Shown here piece by piece: positions 14,066-24,769 of a stretch of 64,000 nt of DNA (position 1 is the first letter of the stretch; the number at the start of each line of letters is the position of its first letter). Where the stretch lies: positions 186,001 to 250,000 of the forward strand of contig NIVC01000876.1 of NCBI GenBank assembly GCA_002269645.1. The letters are read 5' to 3'. The notes below the pieces were generated by a model, which was given only the letters and a program-made list of their open reading frames with translations, was not told the DNA's origin and made no database searches. This DNA comes from Macrostomum lignano. Its lineage: Eukaryota. Made by a program: the position numbers and the translations under genes.

Positions 14066-14710
14066 CAGGGGCGTCGCCAAGGATTTTATGGTGGGGGATA
14101 AAGCCAAGAATTCAGCGTGTACATGTACATGACTAAATTTTGGCATTTATTTTGGCGCCGCAGGCACTCTGGCACCGCAGGCACTCATTTTAGCGCCGCA
14201 GGCACTCATTTTAGCGCCGCAGGCACTCATTTTAGCGCCGCAGGCACTCATTTTAGCGCCGCAGGCACTCATTTTGTCGCCGCAGGCACTCATTTTAGCG
14301 CCGCAGGCACTCATTTTAGCGCCGCAGGTACTCATTTTAGCGCCGCAGGCACTCATTTTAGCGCCGCAGGCACTCATTTTGGTACCGCAGGCACTCATTT
14401 TATAAAGCGCTGCAGGCACTCATTTTAGCGCCACAGGCACTCATTTTAGCGCCGCAGGCACTCATTTTAGCGCCACAGGCACTCATTTTAGCGCCACAGG
14501 CACTCATTTTAGAGCCCCAGGCACTCATTTTGGCGCCGAAGGCATTCATTTTTGTGCCGCAGGCGCTATATTTTGGTTCCCTGAAGAAAAAGTATTGATT
14601 ACCACAACGACTCACAAGGTGGGGGGGACAAAGCATTGGGATGTCCCCCCAGAGCTTTTACTGGGGGGGGGGGATATGTCCCCTCTGTCCCCCCGGTGGC
14701 GACGCGCCTG
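14066..14710. mobile_element. hAT-type non-autonomous element (MITE) with internal 21-bp minisatellite
   Basis: 14-bp TIRs CAGGGGCGTCGCCA / TGGCGACGCGCCTG (1 mismatch); 8-bp flanks ACTGCGAG / GCTGCGAG (7/8 identical, TSD); internal (GCACTCATTTTAGCGCCGCAG)n at about 14146-14560. Confidence 0.82.
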
Positions 14711-16679
14711 GCTGCGAGTACACTACTCATTCCCTCAATCTTTTCCTTACCTTTAATTCCTTGATAGCTTCTATAAAAGCAGAATTGACATGGAAATCTT
14801 GACGAGCTGCCTTTGATGGATGGAGAAGCTGCGCAACTGAGCGAGTATTCCAAGGTTCTGCCTAGAGAACTGCACTTATGAATAATGACGTATAGCTGAC
14901 CTCAGTCGGGGCTTTGACAGCTCGATATAATCACACTCTGCACTGTCGCTGAGACCAATTCTTATCTGCTGCGAGCTCTCTGCCTTAGTTTGCAGTTGTT
15001 GGCCCAGCAGCTCAGCCATTTAGAGCTTTTCAGGGTCGACTTGGTTGACATTACGAAATATAATTATAATTGGCAAATAATGTTTAGCCAATCTGTATAG
15101 AGGTGGACCGCATGCGATAGACAAGATAACAGTCAGTTGCCCTCTCCTGCTATATCTTCGAGCTCTTTTGAGCTCATTAATTGTATATAAAAATACCGCT
15201 GCGGCTGGTCGGTCATCTTGGAAAGCCAACGCCAGTCTGTGATTGGCTCTGGAGCAACGCGATCCCTGTGCTGCTCTGTTGGAAAACCGAATGAGTGTTT
15301 ATTCAAGGCCATTGTTTGGCTTCGCGGGGGGGGGGGCGAACTGCTCATGTTTAGTAGAGCAGCAGATTGTTCAAAGCCACGCAAATACCAATTCCATCGC
15401 GCCCGTGCGCTAACTTGGAATTCCTGCAGTTCTACCCCGCCGAAGATTTGCCCTGAGAAGTTTACAGACAATTTAGAAATTCCTAAATATTTTATCTTCT
15501 TACATTGTGCGTCATATTCACGTTTTTTAAGGTTAAGAAAGCACCTCAACAAGAAATCGCAACAACGGCTTTAAATTTGAATTTAAATATGCAACGGTGC
15601 AATTGGGGCGATTAAACTGCACGCATAAAATGCAATAAGAGGGATCTTGCCGAATTTTTACAGCATAGTAGTATTCACTGTGCTCTTTGACAAACGGCCC
15701 CGATCGATCACGGGCGTAGCCAAGGTTATTCCTTCAATTTCTATACTGAATATGTGGTCCTTTATTGGACCATATCAAGAGATGAACACTGGATCTCCCT
15801 TCTATCAAAAGCAGTAACACTTTTCGTGTTGAAAATGACAACGTGCTATCTTACCTATTGTATTTTTCGGTAAATCCCTCCTTCAAAAATTCCAAGAAAC
15901 GTTGTTCCCAGCAGTTCTGCTTGTAGTCCTTGAGAGCATAATTGAGTTAATGGAATCCATAATCAATATTAGTACGAATTTCTTTATAATCTAGATGTTT
16001 TTCTAAATATAGGTATACAGTGCTATAATAGTAGGAATAGTAGCTTCTGGATGGCATATCAAAATTTTCGGCTTCTACACTTTCCATGCATCATCGAATG
16101 GAAATCACCGGTGTCAACACAGTTAATAAAGCAAAACCTCATGTATTAAAATTTTCAAAGAAATATTTTTTGCTAAAACTATTTAAATCTTTTTAATTTG
16201 CTTTGAAATTTTAAAAAAGTATAAAAGTTATTTCTGTGAAAAAAGTTAGCACTAATTTTAAGACGTGTTTTAACTTTCATCGGTCATTTTCTTCATTAAC
16301 GATCGGGGACCGTCATCCTTTTTTAAGCATCATGCCTTATGCTATGCCTTAGCTGCGGTCACCTGTTTTGTTTGATCGTTCGGAGAGCGAATTTTGTGTC
16401 TACTCTTGGCTTTATTAAATAAATTGTTCTAAAATTTATTTATCATAGGCCTATTGCCATATTGGATTGGATTGAATTTAAGTCCAATAGTATTGGACTT
16501 AAATTTTTCTAAAATTTATCTTGGACTAGGCCTAAATTTTTTCAAAATGTATACTTAGTTTAACTTAGTATATATTATTGCTAATAATTAGAAATCGTAT
16601 CATTAGTTGCCAATCAGTACAAGCCAGACCTATTTAATTTATAACATACATACCCTTTTGGTGAATTGATTTTAGGCAT

Positions 16680-16835
16680 AGGCCTAAAAAGTTTTGGCAG
16701 TGCTTATCCCCACGGTACCATAGGAATAATTTCTGTCTTATTCCAACGGAACCGTGGGAATAATTTTCTGCTTATCCGCATGGCACACTGACGAGATAGC
16801 TGTCCCATCTCCTGCATATGTCATGGGAATAATTT
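16680..16835 (+). repeat. Left arm of an approximately 155-bp diverged inverted repeat
   Basis: Reverse complement of 19058-19217, about 85% identical by eye. Confidence 0.8.
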
Positions 16836-17209
16836 TCTGCTTATCCGCATGGCATACTGACGAGATAGATAGGCCTAGCTGCCATATCTTCTACATATAC
16901 AAGCTGTTGAAACCCGTGGATTTTGAACCCGGGGAATTCCAATCCCCAGAACTACTTTTGGATATATTCTGAAATCTAAGACTATACACAAACAAAAACT
17001 TACTATTAGTTAGTAGGAGAGAGGTAGACATAAAATGGAGCAGATTCGTGTAAAATTAGGGTTTGAGGCAAACATTGATATTGTTTGATAGGGGTACTCC
17101 GCAGAATGTCAGGCAATGTCTGTCTGACTCTAAAACATGTATTGGCAAACTCTGGCCTCTCCCTGACTCTCCCTATGTCCCTTGGATCCTTTAAAATTTC
17201 TATTGTCTC

Positions 17210-17640
17210 TTCTGTTTCTTTTCTTCTCTCTAGTCCCTTGTCTCTCCTCTCTCCTCTCTTTTCTTTTCTCTCTCCTCTCCTCTCTCTTCTCTTCTCTCTC
17301 CTCTCCTCTCTCCTCTCTACTTTTTGTTTTTTTCTCCTCTCCTTTCTCCTTTCTACTCTTTCATTTTCTCTCTCCTCTCCCCCTCTTCTCTAGTCTCTTC
17401 CTTCTCTCTATTCTTTTCTCTCTTCTCTTAACTTTCTCCTCTACTCTCTCATCTCTCCTCTTTTCTCTCTTTCTCTTTCTCCTTTCTCCTCTCTCATTTA
17501 TCTCTCATTTCTCATTTCTTATCTTTCTTTCTACCTCTCTTATCTCTATAACCTTAGAGATGTAGAGATGTATCTTTATCTCTTCTCTCTTCCCTTTACT
17601 CTTTCTTTTCCTCCCTCTTTCTTCTTTCCACTCTCATCTG
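17210..17640. repeat. CT-rich polypyrimidine low-complexity tract
   Basis: Seen directly. Confidence 0.85.
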
Positions 17641-18199
17641 CCCCTCTGCCATGACTTGGATTCTTTATCTGGCCTTTGAGTTAAAAGTCTGCCCATCCCT
17701 ACTTGGAAAGCCAGTTTGTGGGACATAGTACTCTCATGGTTGTTCTCATGCTTTGATCACGTCATATTTCTTGCCAATTTGCAGCCCTGAAAGGAATTTG
17801 TGTATCTTCAGCTCCACTGCAGTCTGCATCAGTCTAACAACCAAGGAAATATGCATTTCTTAGGAGGCCATTTAAAATTTACACAGTACCTTTAAGAGAA
17901 ACCTAAAATTTCTATGGTGTGCCTAATTTATTAGGGTTGTATCGCATTGCATTGCAGCACCTTTTCATAAATCTTTTGCTTTTACAAACCATGCTGGATT
18001 CTCTCAATTTGCCAATTGCCAATTGCCATCCACTTTTAAACTGCTGCAGAGTTTGCCAATACAGAGGGCAGTGGTTAGAATTTCTCACTAAACTGTTATG
18101 GCTAAACGTAGCCTCTCCACTCTCAGGGTGCAGAGAATGCCATAAACAAAGCTATTCCAAAACACTGTACATTGCCATGTACATTGAGCCCTATTGCCT

Positions 18200-18866
18200 G
18201 ACCCTTCGTCTGGGCTGGCGCTAGGGACGTGAGCAGCCAAAACAACAGAAAAAGCAGACAAACTTCATATGCTTACAGTTTCTGTCCTGATTGAGATACA
18301 GAGTTGAGACTTTACATTTAGACAAAGAATGAGTCAATGAAGAATTGTGTCAAGTTTGAAGTTAATCGCTTCACATGGAACAAACTTATGGCAGCTGAAA
18401 GTTAGTCAATTTTGAAACCTTTTTACACATCTGGGCCCAGATCGGCATCGGGAAAAAGAGGCAGGTGGGCGGAGGTTGGGGTGGTTGCTATGCTGAAAAA
18501 ACAGCCTAACTTTTAAAGTGCACAGCACCGCTCAGGATTAACTTTGAGACTCAAAATTTTACATGATTGTGCCAAAATAGTTTAAGATTATTTGTGTCAA
18601 ATTTGAAGAGAATTGGTAGAAGTGGAGTGGAGCTATAGAGGATTAAGTGAAAAAATCGCGCATTTTGAGCAGTTTTTTGTACTTTTAGGTAGGAAAACTT
18701 AGGTCTAGGAAATTTAAAGGTAGCCTAAGACATTCTCCGTAGTAAGTTTAGGGTGGGTGTAAAGTTTGGTGTCATTTGGTTGAGCGGTTTGGGAGTCCAT
18801 AGCGAAGTAATTTGTCCACAGACAGACAGACAGATAGATAGAGTTTTGATTTTTATATGTATAGAT
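18200..18866 (-). mobile_element. Probable non-autonomous Helitron-like (HINE/Lep1-type) element
   Basis: Minus strand starts ATCTATACATATAAAAATC...(TCTG)n...AAACCGCTCAACCAAATGACACCAAACTTT; repeated GTGTCAARTTTGAAG motifs. Family assignment is from recalled similarity only. Confidence 0.45.
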
Positions 18867-19057
18867 ATGCTGTACATGAATAGTTTATAGCTTTTTGAAA
18901 GGGAATTTGAATTGAGGATACTAAGAAGCTGTTGAGCTCGATCAACACCACAACTAGCAATTTTGCATAAAAAAGCTAATTAATCTTTACTTCTATTAAA
19001 CAAATTGTCAAGCAAAGTTATGTTGTTATACTGCACTTAAACTGTAAGTACTAAACT

Positions 19058-19217
19058 AAATTATTTCCATGGCATATGTGGAGGATGGGCCAGCTGTCTC
19101 ATTAGTGTGCTGTGCGGATAAGCAGAAAATTATTCCCACAGTACTGTTGGAATAAGACAGAAATTATTCCTACAGTACCGTGGAGATAAGCACTGCCAAA
19201 AGTTTTTGGCTAGGCCT
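19058..19217 (-). repeat. Right arm of an approximately 155-bp diverged inverted repeat
   Basis: Reverse complement of 16680-16835. Confidence 0.8.
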
Positions 19218-20325
19218 AATTGATTTTTACCAAAACATTTTTTGGAAAATCATCTAGGATTCATGTTATAGGACTTGCAGGTTGAATTTTACATTAAATA
19301 AGATTATCCTTTGGTCCTTGCCCTTGTACTTACCTTAGGCCTAAACTTGCTTTAAAGAATGTCTTAGATAGGCTACCTTAAAATTTCTTAAATCCAAGTC
19401 TTCCTATCTAAAAATGCAAAAAAATGCTAAAAAGTATATTTCCATAGGTATCCACACTTTTGGTGCCTATATTTTTGGTGACCAGCATTTCAGTTGCCCT
19501 AGTTTGCTTTTTGGTTCCTATATTATAAAGTAGAATTAGGCAAAAAATATAGAAAGTGAGCCATAATTCAGCAATTAGTGATAAGTATTATAATTATTAT
19601 AATAGTTATTATAATAAGTATTATTCATTTTGTTAAGCTAAATTGCAATTTTGATTTTTTTTAAAAGTCAATTTATTTGAATTTTTTTATTTTGTCTCTT
19701 AACTTTTAATGACTTGATTTTTTACATGATTATATAACTTGAAAAATCAATACTAAAATGGATTTGTCCCATTTCATAATTTTGATCAAAACTATATATA
19801 ATAACAATAGTTGATAGATTTCATCTTTACATAGCTAAGTCTTTTTAGCAATGTGCGGGTTCCTTGATAGATAATTCTCCCAACAGATATTTTTTCCTTT
19901 GAGCAGATAATTGAAAGAAAAAAGGAATTCATGCTTTGAGATACATTCTTTACTCTGATGCCATATTCAGCTTAAAAGAATTATAAGCAGAAATTTTCTA
20001 TCCCAAAAAACTGGCACAAATGCAAAGTATATCAAAAGATGAATTCATTTGGCACCACTTACAAACACATTTTGGAAGCAAATATCTCGGGAAATACAAA
20101 ATGCAATCATGTGTCTAAGATGTCATTGCAAAGCTAAGACATGCGTCAAGAATTGATAAAAGTTTAAGAGAAAGTGATTAAAGCATAGAGATGTAGCAAT
20201 TAATCAAAGTTTTGGATGATCTTAGTTGAAGATTTTTGATCAACTAAAAGTTTGATTTATTGCTGCATTTCAATGCTTCAATCATTTGGTCTGAAACTTT
20301 TATTAGTTCCAGAGCAAAAAATGAT

Positions 20326-20330
<5 letters not shown>

Positions 20331-20396
<66 letters not shown>

Positions 20397-20650
20397 AAGA
20401 TGAGAGGAGAGAGAGAAGTAGAAAGAGAAGCAAAAGCAAAGGAGAGAAAAAGAAGAGAGAAGAGATAAAAGAATAGAGTAAAGAGAAAAGAGAGGAGAGA
20501 TGAAAGAAGAGATAAGAGAGGAGAAGGAGGAGAAAAAGAAGAAAAAAGGAGGGATGAGTAAAGAGAGGAAAGAGAAGACAAGAAAGAGTAGAGTAGAGAT
20601 TAGCAATAATGAGAGATGAAGAAAGAAGGAAATAAAGACGAGAGAGAAGT
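20331..20650. repeat. (GA)n microsatellite followed by a purine-rich tract
   Basis: Seen directly. Confidence 0.9.
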
Positions 20651-21839
20651 CTTAAAAGTTAAAAGTTTTAAAGGACACAATTGAAATAGAAGAAGCAGAA
20701 GCCAGAGTTTGCCAATGAAGGTTTAGCCAAATGTTATTCTATGTAGCACAACAGCATTTAAAAAAAGCATGCAAAAATAGTTCTAGGGATTCAAATTCAA
20801 TGGGCTCAAAATCCAAAGGTTTAAATAGCTTGTCATATTATAAATGCTTCCTATTAATTTCTAGAAATTTAAATAGTATTAATTTTGTCAACAAAATAAG
20901 TCAAGTAGACCATGAAAAATGAAATATATTGTTTTTTCAAATAATATAGTTAGACACTCTAGTAAGATTATGAAAGTTTTCAACAATTTTGTTTTATTTC
21001 ATAAATCTTAAATGCTTAAGTAAAGAAGATCATGTATAGCGTCAGTATAGCGTCATGTTTCTAAGATTTGTCAAATACTAAAAATATCATATTTAATTAA
21101 ACATATAGTATTGGCAGTCTTAAATTCAAATTACTGCTAGAAACTTTTATGTATATAACATTATCCAATAGTGTTAGTGTTAGCTGTAGCTATGGCTACA
21201 GGATCCTAAGGCAAATATGGTAAAATAGGTGCTTATGGCAGCTAAGGATACGTCTACAGTAGCTAGCTGCTGTTACGGCTACAACTATAGAAATATGGTA
21301 GTTGCTGTCACTTTCCCTAGATTCCTATAGCTGTAGTTATTAATTAAAAAATTGAAAAAAATATTAGAAACTGGTAGAGTAAAACAAATATACTTTAGTA
21401 AACTGTATTATTAACTTATACACTTATAGAATATACCTAATAAAGTACAATAACACTAGCAAACTCTAATTTTTATTAATGTGAAAAGTTCAGCATTAGT
21501 ACTTTCAGTAGCAATTAAGTATTGTTGCTCTGTAAAAAGACAAAATATAATTTTTCAAAGGCAATCAAGTGTTTCTTTTATTTTCTAAATTAATTTGCAG
21601 TTGTTTAAGCACCAGTTTATTTTCTTGATTTAAAATATTTTGTTTTCTAGACTTATTGTTAAAACTATGGCTACAGCTACAGGAACTATGGGAATATGGT
21701 AATATTGGGGTCCCTATGGCTATGGATTACCGAATTAGAATAAGCCATAGTTTTGCTTACAGCTATGGCTATAGTACATAGACCCTCCTTATGGCGGAAC
21801 ACTATTATCCAAAGTATGAAGTATATCTAAATATACTTT

Positions 21840-22070
21840 TCCATATACTAAAAATGAGTTGTTTGTTTGTACGAAATCGATTATCTCCCAAATGGCTGAA
21901 CCGATTTTGTTCAAATTTGCACTGTTCGATCAGAAATTTTCCCGGGACAGTACATGTATCTTGGCTAAGAAATTGCTAAATGCTAAAGGGATTAAATATT
22001 TGAAAAACATGCTTTTTTGCAAAGGTCAAGCAAACTTTTCGACTTGAAATGCATTTTAAGAATGCTAGAG
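21840..22070 (+). mobile_element. Probable non-autonomous Helitron-like element, short copy
   Basis: TC start, ATATACTAAAAATGAG(TTGT)n...AAATGGCTGAACCGATTTTGTTCAAATTT, CTAG near 22066. Confidence 0.45.
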
Positions 22071-22384
22071 AAAAAACTGACTGGTTGAATTCTGATTCTG
22101 AAATAGATTGCATCATAACTGAATTGTAACTCCAACTTGAATTGTGTCATAGTATTGAAAATGCAGTGTGGAAGCGTAGCACCAGACTTGATTTATTTTG
22201 CGTAACCATATTGTTAACTGATACTGACTGACTGAGAAATTGATTATGTCATAACTGCCTCGTGTGATTTACTCTATGCTTGGAGTAAACAGACTGAACT
22301 GCTAAATGCAGGGACAATGGTTCGAATTTTGAAAGAGTGGAGTTTTTTAATTAAAGCTTTTTAACGCCAAGAAAACTAAAAAAT

Positions 22385-23200
22385 CATTGAAGCGTCATGT
22401 AAAAAATCATAAAAGCGTCATGTAAAAAATCATAGAAGCGTCATGTAAACAATCATAGAAGCGTCATGTAAAAAGCATAGAAGCGTCATGAAAAAATCAT
22501 AGAAGCGTCATGAAAAAATCATAGAAGTGTCATGAAAAAATCATAGAAGCGTCATGAAAAAATCATAGAAGCGTCATGTAAACAATCCTAAAAGCGTCAT
22601 GTAAACAATCATAGAAGTGTCATGAAAAAATCATAGAAGCGTCATGTAAAAAATCATAGAAGCGTCATGAAAAAATCATAGAAGCGTCATGAAAAAAATC
22701 ATAGAAGCGTCATAAAAAAATCATAGAAGCGTCATGTAAAAAATCATAGAAGCGTCATGTAAAAAATCATATAAGCGTCATGAAAAAATCATAGAAGCGT
22801 CATGTAAAAAGCATAGAAGCGTCATGAAAAAATCATAGAAGCGTCATGAAAAAAATATCATAGAAGCGTCATGAAAAAATCATAGAAGCGTCATGAAAAA
22901 ATCATAGAAGCGTCATGAAAAAATCATAGAAGCGTCATGAAAAAATCATAGAAGCGTCATGAAAAAATCATAGAAGCGTCATGAAAAAATCATAGAAGCG
23001 TCATGAAAAAATCATAGAAGCGTCATGTAAACAATCCTAAAAGCGTCATGAAAAAATCATAGAAGCGTCATGTAAACAATCATAGAAGCGTCATGAAAAA
23101 ATCATAGAAGCCTCATATAAAAACTAATGAAAGTGTCATTTAAAAAAATAAAGAAGCATCATGGAAGAATAAAAGAAGCGTCATGTCAGACATGAAATAA
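22385..23200. repeat. 22-bp minisatellite AGAAGCGTCATGAAAAAATCAT
   Basis: About 35 tandem copies. Confidence 0.95.
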
Positions 23201-23229
23201 GTGTCATGTAAAAATTAAATGAAGCTATA

Positions 23230-23661
23230 GTGCTGTGCTGGGAAGAATTACTGAGACGTTAGGCTCACAGACAATAACTGAGATTACAGGGGGGTTTCTG
23301 AGATGTCAAAGCAAAAGTCAGAAGCTACTTCAAAGTTCATGTACTTTACTTAACTTTTTTATTGCATTCTCTGTTGGCTCGCCACGGGGGGCGCTGATAG
23401 AAGAAGAGTAATGTAAAAATAAAAGTAGCACTATGTATACATAAAATAAAAGTCATGTCAAAGAAGGAAGGAATCACTTAAATGCCAAGGCTTAGGGAAG
23501 AAGAATTGCTGAGATTTCAAGGCTTTAGGTTGGGTTAAAGTTAGGTTTAGGTCAGGTTTGGGTTGAGGGTTAGATTTTAGTGGGTTTCAAGGTTAAAAGG
23601 GGATTTTTTAGATTTCAAGGTTTATGGGGGCATCGCTGACATGTCAAGGCTTACGAGGGGA

Positions 23662-23716
<55 letters not shown>

Positions 23717-24150
23717 CATCTATAGCTGAGATGTCAAGGCTCACGGGCGAATAAATGAGATGTCAAGGCTAAAGTCAGAAGCTACATGTAGTTTATTGAA
23801 AAAAGTTATTATATTATTTGTTGGCTCCTCACGGAGGGATCGCTGATAGAAAAAGCATAATGTAAAAAATAAAAGAAGCTTCATGTCGAAGTTAAGAGAT
23901 TCATTTGGGAATCCCTACGATGTCGAGGCTTGCAGGGAATCGCTATAATGCTGTAGTAGTGCTATAATGACTCTTAGAGAGAATTACTGAAATTTCAATG
24001 CTTTAGGGTTAGGGTTAGGGTTAGGGTTAGAAAGTAGACAGATTTTTAAAGATTTCAAGGCTTATGGGGGCATCGCTGAGATGTCAAGGGGGGAGTTGAT
24101 ATGTTAAGGCTTGTGGGGGGAATTGCTGACATGTCAAGGCTTACAAGGGT
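23230..24150. repeat. Two diverged approximately 430-bp tandem units, each with a telomere-like tract, separated by (ATCT)n
   Basis: Shared order AAAGTCAGAAGCTAC - TTGGCTC..CACGG - CGCTGATAGAA - GAATT.CTGA.ATTTCAA.GCT - TTAGGG-like tract - GATTTCAAGG.TTATGGGGGCATCGCTGA.ATGTCAAGG; perfect (TTAGGG)4 at about 24003-24030. Confidence 0.75.
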
Positions 24151-24769
24151 ACTGGTAGCTCGTAGCGTACTGGAGCGTACTGGTAGAAGTAGCTCTGAAA
24201 GAAGGCAAGTATGGTTGAATTTCAATGTCTGTTATAAAATTCTGCACAAGAATGTTTTATTGGTACATAATCCCAGAATTAAAATGAGAATTCGATTCCT
24301 AGTCCCCTCCCTAAGGATTTTTTTTCATTTTAAAGGATTCGTCCCTTGCTTATTGGCCACCCCGAAGGGGGGCGCTAGATTGCTAGTTATAATACCTATT
24401 TTTAATATTATTTTTTATCATTTACTTTAGTGACAAATTATGATCTTTACTTTTCTTTGTTAAGAGATACAGGTTTCAAAAATAATGGCAGATGGAATTC
24501 TTCCTAGTCTAGTAATTTTTTTAAACTTTGGTAGAAGTTTGAAGAATTAAAATAAACTCTAAATGTATCAGACTTTGCTAGACAATACTAGCATGATAAT
24601 TAATTTTAGTATATCTTTAAGATAAATGTTGATATTTTTGAGTTTAATATATCTGAGCAAAGAAACTACAAAATAATTTGTTTTGTAACTTTTGGCTTTA
24701 CTTGTATTTTTAATGCAAACTTGCTTCAACCAAATGATGATAATCAATTTGCATGGCACTCTGGCCGCC

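Noticed and set aside
15710-15730. CACGGGCGTAGCCAAGG, similar to the hAT MITE left end
   Set aside because: No matching right TIR or TSD found in the window.
15734-16087. 118-codon minus-strand frame with only two stops in AT-rich DNA (possible decayed gene)
   Set aside because: No recognisable motif; not significant after considering six frames across the window.
23240-24150. About 15 irregularly spaced GATGTCAAGGCT motifs with unique-looking spacers, superficially CRISPR-like
   Set aside because: Motifs are degenerate, spacing is very uneven, spacers are duplicated between two larger units, the context is eukaryotic and there are no cas genes.
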